The notes: generated by a model not told the origin, from the sequence alone. 64,000 nucleotides of DNA from Candidatus Zixiibacteriota bacterium (GCA_041742355.1 JBGSIV010000214.1:8409-72408); one strand, 5' to 3'. Counted from the stretch's first letter, positions 10,310 to 20,560 are shown. Numbers and translations are program-made.

Positions 10310-12205
10310 ATGATGTCGCCTCAGTCACGTCTCGCAGTCCGTACCCTCCTTGCCGCCCTCGCGCTGTGCCTGCTGTCGGCCGGCGTCTTCGCCGCGGATG
10401 ATGTCGTCCCACAACGCACCGATATCGCCGAGCAGTACCGGTGGCGCGTCCAGGATATATTCCCGACCGATGAAGCCTGGGAAGCTGCCTATGCCAGCCT
10501 CGAGAAGAGTGTCGGCCTGATCGAGCCTTATCGCGGGCGCCTCGGCGAGTCCGCCGCGGTCCTCCTTGAGTGCTTCGGCAAGAAGGACAGCGTCGAACTG
10601 ATCATCGACAACCTCTATGTCTACGCCTACCTCCGGCTTGACGAAGATAACCGCGTCAGTAAGTACCAGGAAATGGGCAGCCGTATCGGCCAGCTGTCGT
10701 CGAAAATTTACGAAGGCATGTCCTTCATCCAGCCCGAGATTATCGCCGCCGGTGAAAAGAAGATCATGGGCTTCGTCGCGAGCACCCCGGCGCTTGCTCC
10801 ATACCGGCACTCCATGGAGGACCTCTTCCGCCAACAGGCGCATGTCCTGTCCGACAAGGAAGAAGCCTTGCTCGCCATGGCCGGACCGGCCACCGGCGCC
10901 GCCAGCGACATCTTCAACATGCTCGACAACGCCGACATCGACTACGGCTCTGTCACCGACTCGACCGGTCAGGTCATCGAGCTCTCCAAGGAGCGCGTGT
11001 ACAAGCTGCTCGACTCCCCGGACCGCGACCTGCGCCGCCGCGTGAGCGACCAGTACAACGGGACGTATGAGAAGTACCAGAACACCCTGGCCGCCGCTCT
11101 GGCCGCCTCGGTGAAGAAGGACTGGTTCTATGCCCAGGCCCGGGGCTACAAGACCTGCCTCGAGTCCTCGCTCAACAACTACAATATCCCAGTCGACGTC
11201 TTCCACAACCTGCTCAAGGCGGTCAACGAGAATCTCGCCCCGCTGCACAAGTGGGCGTCGCTGCGCAAGCGCATTCTGAATGTCGACACCCTCTACACGT
11301 TCGACCTCGGCGTCCCGCTCGGACTCGAGAGCGAAACCGAGTACACCTGGGAGCAGGCCCGTGACATCGTTGTCAATGGGCTTAAACCCCTCGGCAATCA
11401 GTACGTCGCCGACCTGAACACGGGGCTCACCTCCGGCTGGGTCGATGTCTACGAGACGCAGGGCAAGGGCTCCGGCGCCTACTCGTGGGGCACCTACAGC
11501 TCGCACCCCTATGTCCTGATGAACTTCAACGGTACCCTCGAATGGGTGTTCACGCTGGCTCACGAAATGGGCCACGCCATGCACAGCTTCTATACCAACA
11601 AGAACGAGCCGTACGTCTCCAGCGGTCATTCCCTCTTCCTGGCCGAGGTCGCCTCGACCGGCAACGAAGCCGTCCTCATGAAGTACCTCATAGAGAATAC
11701 GACCGACCGCCAGGAGAAGATGGCCCTGCTCAACCACTATATCGATCAGATCATCGGGACCGTCTACACCCAGTGCTTGTTCAGCGAGTTCGAGCTGGCT
11801 CTTCACGAACGGATCGAACAGGGCGAGGCCCTCTCGGCCGAATTCATGCGCCAGACCTACCGCGACATTTACCAGAAATACTGGGGCCCGGAACTCGTGA
11901 TCGGCCCGGTCAACGACCTCGGCGGCCTGCGGATCAGCCACTTCTACCGCCAGTACTATGTCTACCAGTACGCGACGTCGTACACCGCCGCGCAGGCGAT
12001 CTCGCAGAAGGTGCTTGAGGATCCCAAGTACCTCGACACCTACATGGAGTTCCTCGCCACCGGCAACTCGGATTATCCGGTCGAGATTCTCAAGAAGGCC
12101 GGTGTCGATCTGACCAAGCCTGAGGCGACTCAGCGGACGCTGAAGTTGTTCGCCGAGCTGGTCGACCAGATGGAAGCTCTGCTCGCCGAAAGCGGCAAGG
12201 GCTGA
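10310..12205 (+). CDS. pepF: Oligoendopeptidase F (M3B) with signal peptide
   Basis: GKGSGAYSWG, TLAHEMGHAMH, AEVASTGNE, HFY..YYVYQYAT; N-terminal signal peptide; AGGAG SD. Confidence 0.93.
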   Translation: MMSPQSRLAVRTLLAALALCLLSAGVFAADDVVPQRTDIAEQYRWRVQDIFPTDEAWEAAYASLEKSVGLIEPYRGRLGESAAVLLECFGKKDSVELIIDNLYVYAYLRLDEDNRVSKYQEMGSRIGQLSSKIYEGMSFIQPEIIAAGEKKIMGFVASTPALAPYRHSMEDLFRQQAHVLSDKEEALLAMAGPATGAASDIFNMLDNADIDYGSVTDSTGQVIELSKERVYKLLDSPDRDLRRRVSDQYNGTYEKYQNTLAAALAASVKKDWFYAQARGYKTCLESSLNNYNIPVDVFHNLLKAVNENLAPLHKWASLRKRILNVDTLYTFDLGVPLGLESETEYTWEQARDIVVNGLKPLGNQYVADLNTGLTSGWVDVYETQGKGSGAYSWGTYSSHPYVLMNFNGTLEWVFTLAHEMGHAMHSFYTNKNEPYVSSGHSLFLAEVASTGNEAVLMKYLIENTTDRQEKMALLNHYIDQIIGTVYTQCLFSEFELALHERIEQGEALSAEFMRQTYRDIYQKYWGPELVIGPVNDLGGLRISHFYRQYYVYQYATSYTAAQAISQKVLEDPKYLDTYMEFLATGNSDYPVEILKKAGVDLTKPEATQRTLKLFAELVDQMEALLAESGKG

Positions 12206-12245
12206 GAAGCGCGACCTCATAGAAGACGATCACAGGCAATCGTAT

Positions 12246-12274
12246 AAGGCACGATCCAGCTCGGATCGTGCCTT
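12246..12274 (+). terminator. Hairpin after pepF (REP-like arms)
   Basis: AAGGCACGATCC-AGCTC-GGATCGTGCCTT followed by TGTCTT. Confidence 0.55.
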
Positions 12275-12583
12275 TGTCTTTCTGAGTATAGCCGGGGCAT
12301 GGCTGGGACAAAATGAAAGCTGAGAGGCTGTCATCCCGGGCTTGAAGGGCATCCATTCGATGGCCTGTACTGCCTCCGCCACAGATCCCTCCCTGCAATC
12401 TCCTTTCAACTACCCCTCCCCCAATGAGGACAAAATGAAACCCGATTTCACTTGGTAATCATTTCCCCTCCAAAGACTTGCTTTTTCCCCCGAATGGCTG
12501 TATTACAAGGAACCGTCCCCAAAAACCGACCGTTATCAGAGGTAATTGTTCGTCTATCTATAATCAAAGAGGAGTACTACAAC

Positions 12584-13084
12584 ATGATGATCTCACAGAC
12601 TATGGCGAAAGCCCTCAACGACCAGATCGGCGCTGAGCTCGCCTCCGAGTATATCTACCTGGCGATGGCCTACAAGTTCGAGGACATGAACCTGCCGGTT
12701 TTTGCCAAGTGGTTCTATAAGCAGGCCGAGGAAGAGCACCGTCACGCCCTCAAGATCGGCAAGTACCTGGTCGAGCAGGGTGTGTCCGCGGTAGTCCCGG
12801 CGATTCCCGCCCCCCAGGCAAACTGGAAGTCGGCGCAGGAAATCTGCGACGGCGCGGTGGAGCACGAGAAGTACATCACCAAGCGCATCCACGACCTGGT
12901 CAAGCAGGCCCGCACCGAAAACGACATCGCCACCGAGCAGTTCCTGCAGTGGTATGTCGGGGAGCAGGTCGAGGAAGTCGCGACGACCACCCAGTTGGCC
13001 GAGATGGTCAAGCACGCCCAGAACGCCGGCCAGCTCATGATGCTGGAGGGGCGCGTCTGGCGCATGGTCGAGGGACGGGACTGA
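12584..13084 (+). CDS. Non-heme ferritin
   Basis: LNDQIGAELASEYIYLAMA, QAEEEHRHA, HEKYIT, FLQWYVGEQVEE; GAGGAG SD before ATG 12584. Confidence 0.92.
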   Translation: MMISQTMAKALNDQIGAELASEYIYLAMAYKFEDMNLPVFAKWFYKQAEEEHRHALKIGKYLVEQGVSAVVPAIPAPQANWKSAQEICDGAVEHEKYITKRIHDLVKQARTENDIATEQFLQWYVGEQVEEVATTTQLAEMVKHAQNAGQLMMLEGRVWRMVEGRD

Positions 13085-13110
13085 GCCGGTCCATTTGAAA
13101 GGCACGTTTC

Positions 13111-13141
13111 ACGGCCGCCTCTTCGGGCGGCCGTTTCTTTT
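13111..13141 (+). terminator. Rho-independent terminator after ferritin
   Basis: ACGGCCGCC-TCTTCG-GGCGGCCGT + TTCTTTT. Confidence 0.8.
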
Positions 13142-13186
13142 GCCGGCGGCGCCCGGCACCCACGCCTGACTGCCGCCCCTTTTTTC

Positions 13187-13214
13187 TTGATACGCCCGGG
13201 TTTCGCTGTATATT
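13187..13214 (+). promoter_or_regulatory. Putative sigma70 promoter
   Basis: TTGATA-16 nt-TATATT upstream of the carboxypeptidase gene. Confidence 0.55.
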
Positions 13215-13273
13215 ACTTCAGTACCGTTCGACAATACTTACAGACCCGCCACAACACATAAAGGCTGCCGGAC

Positions 13274-16015
13274 ATGAAAACACTCGGGTTCCTGCTCTCG
13301 GTACTGGCGATGCTGTCACTCCTCCCCACTCCATCTTCGGGCGCGACCGAACACTACCTTCGCTTGACGGTCGAGTCCCGGGACCAAGTTTCCTTTCTCT
13401 CCAAAGTCATCTCGATAGACAACGTGCAGGACGGCCTCGTGCTCGCGTACGCCACCGATGACCAGCTTGCCGAACTTCAGCGCCTGGGCTACACGTTCGA
13501 AGAACTCCCCCACCCCGGCAGCCTGATTCGCCCCGAGATGAGCCGCAGCGCTCTCGATGTCTCCGCGTGGGATACGTATCCCACCTACGACGCGTATGTC
13601 GCCATGATGTACCAGTTCGAGGCGACTTATCCCGACCTCTGCCAGATTGTCAATATCGGCTCGACCGGCGAGGGGCGCGCCCTGCTCTTTGCCCGCATCT
13701 CGGACAACGTCGGTGTCGAGGAAGACGAACCAGAGGTCCTCTACACCTCGACCATGCACGGGGACGAAGCCACCGGTTATGTCCTCATGCTCCGCCTGAT
13801 CGACTCCCTCCTCTCCACGTACGGCACCAATGCCGAGGTGACCGGGATGATCGACAGCCTCGATATCTGGATCAACCCGAATCACAACCCCGATGGCACC
13901 TACGCGGGCGGCAACAACACTGTCAGCGGGGCGACGCGCGGCAACGGCGCACTGGTCGACATCAACCGCAATTTCCCCGATCCCGATAACGGCCCGCACC
14001 CCGACGGCAACGCCTGGCAGCCCGAGACGATCGCCATGATGAATTTCGCCGAGACTCGCACGATCGTTCTCTCGGCCAATTTCCACGGCGGCACCGAGGT
14101 CGTCAACTACCCGTGGGATACCTGGTCGCGCCGGCACCCCGATGATGCCTGGTTCCAGACGGTCAGCCACCAGTATGCGGATTCGTGCCAGAAGTATGGC
14201 GCCGCGGGGTACATGGACGGCTACAGCGACGGCATTACCAACGGTTACGACTGGTACGAGGTGCAGGGGGGCCGCCAGGACTTCATGACTTACTGGTACA
14301 GTTCGCGCGAGGTCACGATCGAGATCTCCAACACGAAGCTCATCCCGGCCTCCCAACTTCCCGCCCACTGGGTCTACAACCGCGTCTCGCTTTTTGACTG
14401 GCTGCGCCAGGCGCTTACCGGTGTGCGCGGCATAGTCACCGACGCCGCCACGAGCCTTCCGCTGCACGCGATGATCTCGGTCATCGGCCACGATTTAGCG
14501 ATCGACAGCTCGTATGTCTTCACCGATTCCGTTGTCGGTAACTACCACCGGATGATCGCGGCCGGGACATGTGATCTCGTCTACTCGGCCCCCGGCTATG
14601 TCCCGGATACGGTGTTTGACATTGTGGTCACGGCCAACGCCCCTGCCGTCGTCCTCGATGTTCAGCTTCAGCCGTTGCCGTCGGTTCCGGTGCTCCTGCT
14701 TGAGAGCCATTCGATCGCCGGGGTCGACCCGGGCGAGTCGGTCAACGCGCTGGTTACGCTGCGCAACGAAGGCCCGGTGGCCGCCACGAAGGTTTCCGGC
14801 ATCCTGCGCACCGGTGATCCGTATATCATCGTTACCGACAGCACCGCGTCCTTCCCCACGATCGCCGCGCTCGGCGGGACCAGTGTCTCGGTCAGCCCCT
14901 TTGTCTTCGACGTCTCCCCGGCCTGTCCGCAAGAACACACCGTTACCTTTGTTCTCCACCTTACGGCCGATGGCGGCTATGACGATTCCCTGCTCTTCTC
15001 GGTGATTGTCGGACAGACTGTCGAGGATTTCGAATCCGGAGGTCTTGCGGCCTTTCCGTGGCAACAGGCAGGGTCTGCCTGGTGGTCGGTGACCGGGGGC
15101 AGTGTGTACGAAGGTTCTTTCGCCGCTCGATCCGGGGTCATCGGCCATTCTCAGTCCACCAGTCTCACGGTCACGCTGGACGATCTTCTCCAGGGGCCGA
15201 TTTCCTTCTACCGCCGCGTTTCTTCCGAAGCCGGCTGGGATTTCCTTGAGTTCTATCTCGACGGCGTCCGTCGCGCGCAGTGGTCCGGCGAACTCCCGTG
15301 GCAGCAGGTTTCATTCGAGGTCACCCCCGGAACCCACACGTTCCGCTGGACCTATGTCAAAGATGGCTCCGCTATAGGCGGTTCCGATGCCGCCTGGATC
15401 GACTTCATCACTTTCCCGCCGGCCAATCAGGATCTCGATGGCGATGGCGTGCCGGCTGACATTGACAATTGCCCTGCGCTGAGCAACCCCGACCAAGCGG
15501 ATGCCGATCTTGACGGCCGCGGTGATGTTTGTGACAACTGCCCCAGTATCAGCAATACCGACCAGGCCGATGTTGATTCGGATACGGTCGGCGATCTCTG
15601 CGACAACTGCCCCGCCGTCAGCAATACCAATCAGGCTGACGCTGATTCGGATACGATCGGTGATCCGTGTGATAACTGCCCGGCAGTGAGTAATACGGCT
15701 CAGGCGGACGTTGATTCCGACACGGTCGGCGATTCCTGCGACAATTGCCCCGAGATCAGCAATTCCGATCAGGCGGATGCTGACCTTGATGGCATAGGCG
15801 ATGTTTGCGACTACGTCTGCGGCGATGTCAACGACGACGCGAGCGTGATTGTCAGCGATCTGACGTATATGGTCAACTACCTCTTCAAGGCGGGGCCGGC
15901 GCCGACCAATCCCGCCGCCGCCAATATCGACGGTCAGGGTACGGTCAATGTCGGCGATGTCACTTATCTTGTGAATTACCTCTTCAAGGGTGGCCCGCCG
16001 CCGGTGTGCGGGTAG
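13274..16015 (+). CDS. Secreted M14 zinc carboxypeptidase with thrombospondin type-3 repeats and a C-terminal dockerin-like domain
   Basis: Signal peptide; HGDE, NPDG, NRNF, FHGG, EVTIEIS; five DNCP..N.DQAD.D repeats; CGDVN...[18 protein letters not shown] / [17 protein letters not shown] duplicated motif. Confidence 0.88.
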   Translation: MKTLGFLLSVLAMLSLLPTPSSGATEHYLRLTVESRDQVSFLSKVISIDNVQDGLVLAYATDDQLAELQRLGYTFEELPHPGSLIRPEMSRSALDVSAWDTYPTYDAYVAMMYQFEATYPDLCQIVNIGSTGEGRALLFARISDNVGVEEDEPEVLYTSTMHGDEATGYVLMLRLIDSLLSTYGTNAEVTGMIDSLDIWINPNHNPDGTYAGGNNTVSGATRGNGALVDINRNFPDPDNGPHPDGNAWQPETIAMMNFAETRTIVLSANFHGGTEVVNYPWDTWSRRHPDDAWFQTVSHQYADSCQKYGAAGYMDGYSDGITNGYDWYEVQGGRQDFMTYWYSSREVTIEISNTKLIPASQLPAHWVYNRVSLFDWLRQALTGVRGIVTDAATSLPLHAMISVIGHDLAIDSSYVFTDSVVGNYHRMIAAGTCDLVYSAPGYVPDTVFDIVVTANAPAVVLDVQLQPLPSVPVLLLESHSIAGVDPGESVNALVTLRNEGPVAATKVSGILRTGDPYIIVTDSTASFPTIAALGGTSVSVSPFVFDVSPACPQEHTVTFVLHLTADGGYDDSLLFSVIVGQTVEDFESGGLAAFPWQQAGSAWWSVTGGSVYEGSFAARSGVIGHSQSTSLTVTLDDLLQGPISFYRRVSSEAGWDFLEFYLDGVRRAQWSGELPWQQVSFEVTPGTHTFRWTYVKDGSAIGGSDAAWIDFITFPPANQDLDGDGVPADIDNCPALSNPDQADADLDGRGDVCDNCPSISNTDQADVDSDTVGDLCDNCPAVSNTNQADADSDTIGDPCDNCPAVSNTAQADVDSDTVGDSCDNCPEISNSDQADADLDGIGDVCDYVCGDVNDDASVIVSDLTYMVNYLFKAGPAPTNPAAANIDGQGTVNVGDVTYLVNYLFKGGPPPVCG
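15431..15811 (+). repeat. Intragenic 69-bp (23-aa) tandem repeat encoding TSP3 Ca-binding units
   Basis: GAYAAYTGC (DNC) at 15464, 15533, 15602, 15671, 15740. Confidence 0.9.
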
Positions 16016-16020
16016 GGAAG

Positions 16021-17360
16021 GGGATTGCGTCGTTCCCCTCGGGATTGGGTTCGTTTGCGCAATTGAGGGTGGCCGTCGATGTCGGGTTTCTCGGCGCTGA
16101 AGCGCCTCGGAACCCCGACCTACTCCCTCGACCCGGCCTACACCCGAGATAAATTGAGTTCGTTTGCGCATGTTTCGGAGCGCTGCCGTATCTCTTGTCA
16201 AGCACCCAAAGCGGTGCTTGACCTACCGCTGACGTAATTGGGTTCGCTTGTTCACCTGGCCGGTTTTCATTCTTTCTGTGTCAGGCTCCAAGGAGCCTGA
16301 CCTACTTCCAAGGACAAAGTTCGTTTGCGACCGCTCGGGGGTGACACAAGGCCACCCCCTACGCGGGCGGAGGGGGCAGTCGGTGTGCTCGCAGGGCGTG
16401 TCGGTCGCCGGGTGGACGTGTCGACAGATTGGGTTCGTTTGCGCATGTTTCTCCTGTGCGTTCATAGCTCTCCGATGTCTTTCCATACTTGCCTCCCAGT
16501 CGGGTTTCTCGGGGCTTGCGCCCCTCGGAACACCGACCTACGCCTCAAAAACACCGACCTACCGTTGGGTTCGTTGGCGCAGATTCCGTGTTCCTGGTTC
16601 TCCCTTTGTCAGGCTCTGAACTACGTCGATTAACGGCCGGTATCCTCAAGATCAGGACCACGGGGGGCCTGACAGACGAGAGGAGTACTCGTATCGGGCG
16701 GCCCGCAGCAGAGCTGCGGGTTACCAGGTCAAGCAGGAATGTCATTCCAAGCTGCCCGCAGCAGAGCTGCGGGTTACCTACTGTCAGGCTCCAAGGAGCC
16801 TGACCTACGGGCCGGAGAGTGGGTTCGTTTGGTAGTCCCGGCATACGGTAGAGTCAGGCTTGACTGGGCCCCGGCCTCCGCCGGGGTGACAGAGGAGAAG
16901 CCGGGGTGACAGAGGAGAAGCCGGGGTGACAGGTATGCATTCTCCTCCTTCGTCGGGCTGACAGCCAATGGACCTGGCCGCACGATTACTCTGCCTTCTG
17001 CCTTGCGGACGCTCTGTTCTATACATGCTGTGGACCGATCCTCTATCTCTGTTGGTTTGCCGGTGATTTTGCGGGGCATTCGCGGCCGATGTGGACATCG
17101 GCCGCGCACTTCGTCGCACACATTTTGCCGGTCGTTCGCGGCAGATGAGGACATCTGCCGCGCACTTCAGCCGGTGATTTTGCGGGGCAATAGCGGCAGA
17201 TGTGGACATCGGCCGCGCACTTCGTCGCACACATTTTGCCGGTCATTCGCGGCAGATATGGACATCTGCCGTGCACTTCCGAAGAGTCACACGCTCTTCC
17301 TCGCTCCGCTCGGGGTCGCGCAAGACCCCGCGGAACGGGGGTTGGGCTTCGTTGAGCGCA
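16021..17360 (-). repeat. Mosaic REP-like repeat island 1
   Basis: Tagged hairpins at 16081-16123, 16197-16226, 16280-16305, 16338-16362, 16499-16541, 16702-16724, 16755-16777, 16783-16808, 16869-16891, 17081-17276 (x4), 17279-17336; ATTGGGTTCGTTTG-like motif at 16044, 16153, 16237, 16315, 16428, 16564, 16818, 17341. Confidence 0.9.
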
Positions 17361-17448
17361 TCGCTTCTGGATCTGGCTTCCTGTCCGCGTGTACGCTATA
17401 TTGGCCGATGGATCGGAGTATAAGCCGCATGATTGGAGTTTTGGCCAG

Positions 17449-18390
17449 GTGACCGGATCGACTCCACAGCCATTTGAACCGCGCCTCGACCGGTGCGAGT
17501 GCTGTCCGCGCGGCTGCAAAGCCGACCGCGCCTCCGGCGTCCTCGGCTGGTGCAAAAGCCCCGCCGGACTCTCGATCGGCTCGGTCTGCGCCCACCGAGG
17601 CGAGGAGCCGGTAATATCGGGCACGCACGGTATCTGCAACATCTTTTTCACCCGCTGCAACATGCAGTGTGTCTACTGCCAGAACTACGACATCTCCCGC
17701 ACGAAGGAGCCGATCCTCGAGACGGAGATGGCTTTCGATGATCTCATACGCCGCATCGAACGCCACCTCGACGCGGGCTGCAAATCGGTCGGGTTCGTTT
17801 CCCCGAGCCACTACTATCCCCAGATGCTCGGGGTGATTGACTCGCTCACCGCCCGCGGGCGTAAACCGGTGTTCGTCTACAACACCAACGGCTACGATCG
17901 GGTGGAGGCGATTCGGAGGCTCGAGAATGTTATCGATGTCTACCTGCCCGATTTCAAGTACAGGGATGACGCGCTCGCCCGCAGTTTTTCCCATGCTCCG
18001 GGCTACCCGGAAATCGCCGCCGCCGCGATCGGCGAGACGTTCCGACAGGTCGGCCCCGACATCGTGCTCGATGAGGACGGTCTCATCACCCGCGGGCTTA
18101 TCATTCGCCACCTCGTGCTTCCCGGCCAGGTGCAGAACAGTATCGATGTCCTGCAGTATATCGCCACCAACTACTCCCCCGATTGCCACATCTCGCTCAT
18201 GTCGCAGTACTGGCCCACCCCGGCGGTCGAGAACCACCCCACGCTCGGCCGGCGGGTTACGGAGGAGGAGTACGACCTCGTGCTGGAGGCGATGGAGGAT
18301 CTCGGTTTCAGCCGCGGCTGGGTGCAGGAACTCGACTCCAGCGACCATTACCGTCCCGACTTCATGCGCGATCATCCGTTCGAACCATAA
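17449..18390 (+). CDS. Radical SAM protein, PflX/PFL-activating-enzyme-like
   Basis: CECCPRGCKADR, HRGEEPVISG, CNMQCVYCQN (CxxxCxxC), VYNTNGYD, YLPDFKY, IIRHLVLPG, SLMSQYWP; start uncertain (GTG 17449). Confidence 0.85.
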   Translation: MTGSTPQPFEPRLDRCECCPRGCKADRASGVLGWCKSPAGLSIGSVCAHRGEEPVISGTHGICNIFFTRCNMQCVYCQNYDISRTKEPILETEMAFDDLIRRIERHLDAGCKSVGFVSPSHYYPQMLGVIDSLTARGRKPVFVYNTNGYDRVEAIRRLENVIDVYLPDFKYRDDALARSFSHAPGYPEIAAAAIGETFRQVGPDIVLDEDGLITRGLIIRHLVLPGQVQNSIDVLQYIATNYSPDCHISLMSQYWPTPAVENHPTLGRRVTEEEYDLVLEAMEDLGFSRGWVQELDSSDHYRPDFMRDHPFEP

Positions 18391-18485
18391 GCCCTGTCCC
18401 GCTGTTACACGGAAAACACGACGCCGGGCCGTCTTAGGCCGGCAAGGACTATCAACCGTCAGGCAGACGTGAAAGGGCTATCATC

Positions 18486-18962
18486 ATGGCCGACGACATC
18501 AAGAAAGTGCTCCGCAAATTCGAATACGGCGTGTACGTGGTCACCATGGGCAAGGGGGAAGACGGCAACGCCTTCACCGCGAGCTGGGTCACGCAGGTCA
18601 GTTCGGAACCCCCGATGGTCGCGATCGCCGTGCACAAGAAGCGCCAGTCGATCCCGATGCTCAAGGAGCACGGCGCGTTTGTCCTCAACCTGATCGGCGA
18701 GGGGCAGGACGGCGTGGCGAAATCGTTCTATGGCCCGGCCGAATCGGGTTATGACAAGCTCAAGGGCCGCACAGTTCGCGAATCCCCCGCGACCGGTACC
18801 CCGGTCCTAAATGGGATCCTCGGTTATCTCGACTGCGCGATTGTCACGACGGTCGATGCCGGCAACCACGTGCTGTTTATCGGCGAAGTGAAAGCGGCCG
18901 GTCTTGACACCGACTCCGACATCCTGACCGGGACGAACTCGGGGTTACGGTACACAGGGTAG
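18486..18962 (+). CDS. Flavin reductase-like protein
   Basis: YGVYVVT, TASWVTQVSSEPP, GNHVLFIGEV. Confidence 0.9.
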   Translation: MADDIKKVLRKFEYGVYVVTMGKGEDGNAFTASWVTQVSSEPPMVAIAVHKKRQSIPMLKEHGAFVLNLIGEGQDGVAKSFYGPAESGYDKLKGRTVRESPATGTPVLNGILGYLDCAIVTTVDAGNHVLFIGEVKAAGLDTDSDILTGTNSGLRYTG

Positions 18963-19110
18963 CGGCATGACAGGAAGCCTGGTGCGATGTTTCTCGGATG
19001 CTGTCAGGTGGGGACACCTGACAGCACTGACGATTTCCATCTCTGGCTCCATCTCTGGCTCCACCTCGCGCTCCAACTCCTGCATCAGCATGCCTGATTC
19101 GGCCTGTCCG

Positions 19111-19161
19111 TACACTCTGTTCTATACTTACCGGGACGTCGGGGCAATCTCCATCAGTTCG
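19111..19161. repeat. Isolated copy of the island 'P' module
   Basis: TACACTCTGTTCTATACTTAC...GGGGCAATCTCCATCAGTTCG, nearly identical to 36201-36252; core also at 17009-17024. Confidence 0.8.
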
Positions 19162-19450
19162 TCAGTGAAACTGGACAGAAATGGCGGCGGTTTTCCAAGT
19201 CAGCTTTGACTCCGTCAAGGCAATGACCGCTATGAGGATAGGGGTGATGGAGCGGGTTGAAAATGGCTCGATTCAGGGCATTTGTCAGTGGTCGAGTTTA
19301 TTGAAGAAGGTCGGAGATTTGCGGGTGGCCGGGTGCCTGTTATTCGTGCCGCGACCACGGTCGGTTTGATGCGGGCCGGCCCCGGCAGAAGAGGAGCCGA
19401 GCGTGGAGCTGGGGCAGGAGAGTGGACCTGTTGCGGTAGTAGGTTCTCTG

Positions 19451-19966
19451 TTAGTCGAGTCTCACTTCGATTTCATCGAGCACACGCCAGCCCGCCCCAT
19501 CGGGAACGATGCAGGTGAAGTAGACTTCATCCGCCTTCACTGGCGCAAACGACATTTCATCGAGCACGAGTTTCTCGCTCACCCGCATCGTCTCGACCAC
19601 AGAGAACCCGGTAGCGACATCCTCTCCCGGCAGAAACCGCAGCAGCATCCGCCGCTCATCCATCTTGCGCGGCGCCCCGGCCTCGTCCTTCGTGGTGACC
19701 TGAATGAAGCTGAAATCGATATAGAATTCGTACTCGGTTTCGTACGACGGCAGATCGAAGGTCTTGCGCTGCGCTTCCGGCAGCGAGGAGCGGATCGGCT
19801 CGATCACGAGCAGGCTGTAGCAGGTATCGCACAGCCGTTCCCAGTCATCGAAGCCGGTCAGGTTTTCATCGAGGATGCGCGCCGCCTGCATGGAGGGGAT
19901 CGACGCGTTGAGCGCCATGAGAAAGTTGCGCACGAGTTGGTCGACAGTTGTGGTCCAGGTGCTCAT
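19451..19966 (-). CDS. Hypothetical protein
   Basis: 171-aa ORF with protein-like composition, 4 nt downstream of the preceding minus-strand gene. Confidence 0.7.
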   Translation of the reverse strand: MSTWTTTVDQLVRNFLMALNASIPSMQAARILDENLTGFDDWERLCDTCYSLLVIEPIRSSLPEAQRKTFDLPSYETEYEFYIDFSFIQVTTKDEAGAPRKMDERRMLLRFLPGEDVATGFSVVETMRVSEKLVLDEMSFAPVKADEVYFTCIVPDGAGWRVLDEIEVRLD

Positions 19967-19970
19967 AGGG

Positions 19971-20501
19971 TCATTTCACCCGCCAGAGGACGAACCGAGC
20001 GCGCGTCTCGCGCACTTTGGTGTCGGGATCGGCCAGGGTCAGGCGGAAGTCCAGCGTGTCGGGGTGCGGAAAATCGACGGTCACCTGGTATCCTTTGTTC
20101 TTGAAGGTGCGGTCGGCCACGAGGCGACCGTCGCGGATCTCTCCCCGGTACTTGGCGTGTTTGCCCCAGTTGTCCCATATTTCCCAGGTAATGGAATCAG
20201 TCTGAGGGTCGTGCCGCAGGAGTCCGGAATCGGCGTAGTTGAGGAAGTACTTGGTGCCGGTCATGGAGGTTTTGATGAGGTCGCGGCCGGCGTCGTACAC
20301 GAACTCGCCCTGTCCTTCCAGTTCGACCTCGACATCCGTTACCGGCATGAGGAACATTCCTTCCCCTTCCCAGGATCCGACCAGGCTCTTCAGGTCAAAC
20401 TTCTTCTGTCCCCCTTTGGCCAGCGGCGATCCCGCCCCGATTCCGACTGCCAACAGCAGGGCTGCTGCTGCCGCCATGAGTATAGCTCTTTGTTTGTTCA
20501 T
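19971..20501 (-). CDS. Exported hypothetical protein, possibly a beta-barrel (lipocalin-like/DUF1579-like)
   Basis: Signal peptide; LKSLVGSWEGEG (GxW) motif; TATATT and GAGGA upstream. Confidence 0.7.
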   Translation of the reverse strand: MNKQRAILMAAAAALLLAVGIGAGSPLAKGGQKKFDLKSLVGSWEGEGMFLMPVTDVEVELEGQGEFVYDAGRDLIKTSMTGTKYFLNYADSGLLRHDPQTDSITWEIWDNWGKHAKYRGEIRDGRLVADRTFKNKGYQVTVDFPHPDTLDFRLTLADPDTKVRETRARFVLWRVK

Positions 20502-20560
20502 GCGTCCTCAATATAGGCGGGCGGCCGCCCGAAGCAACTTACAAAACTCACCAAAGGCAC

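Noticed and set aside
10325..12220. Long antisense ORFs (also 22813-25329, 41681-43114, 60081-61787 and others)
   Set aside because: Shadow frames of strongly codon-biased GC-rich genes; no protein motifs
12452..12583. Fur box or extended N-terminus of ferritin
   Set aside because: No convincing 19-bp inverted repeat; the SD supports a start at 12584
17081..17276. CRISPR array
   Set aside because: Spacers are duplicated (ABAB), repeats vary, a solitary copy exists at 36276, and there are no cas genes in the window
15984..17452. Short ORFs in island 1 (likewise 20582-21016 and 35663-36691)
   Set aside because: Overlapping frames without SD or recognisable domains; shared peptides such as STVCRDYQTNP follow directly from the DNA repeats. 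Coding is not formally excluded.
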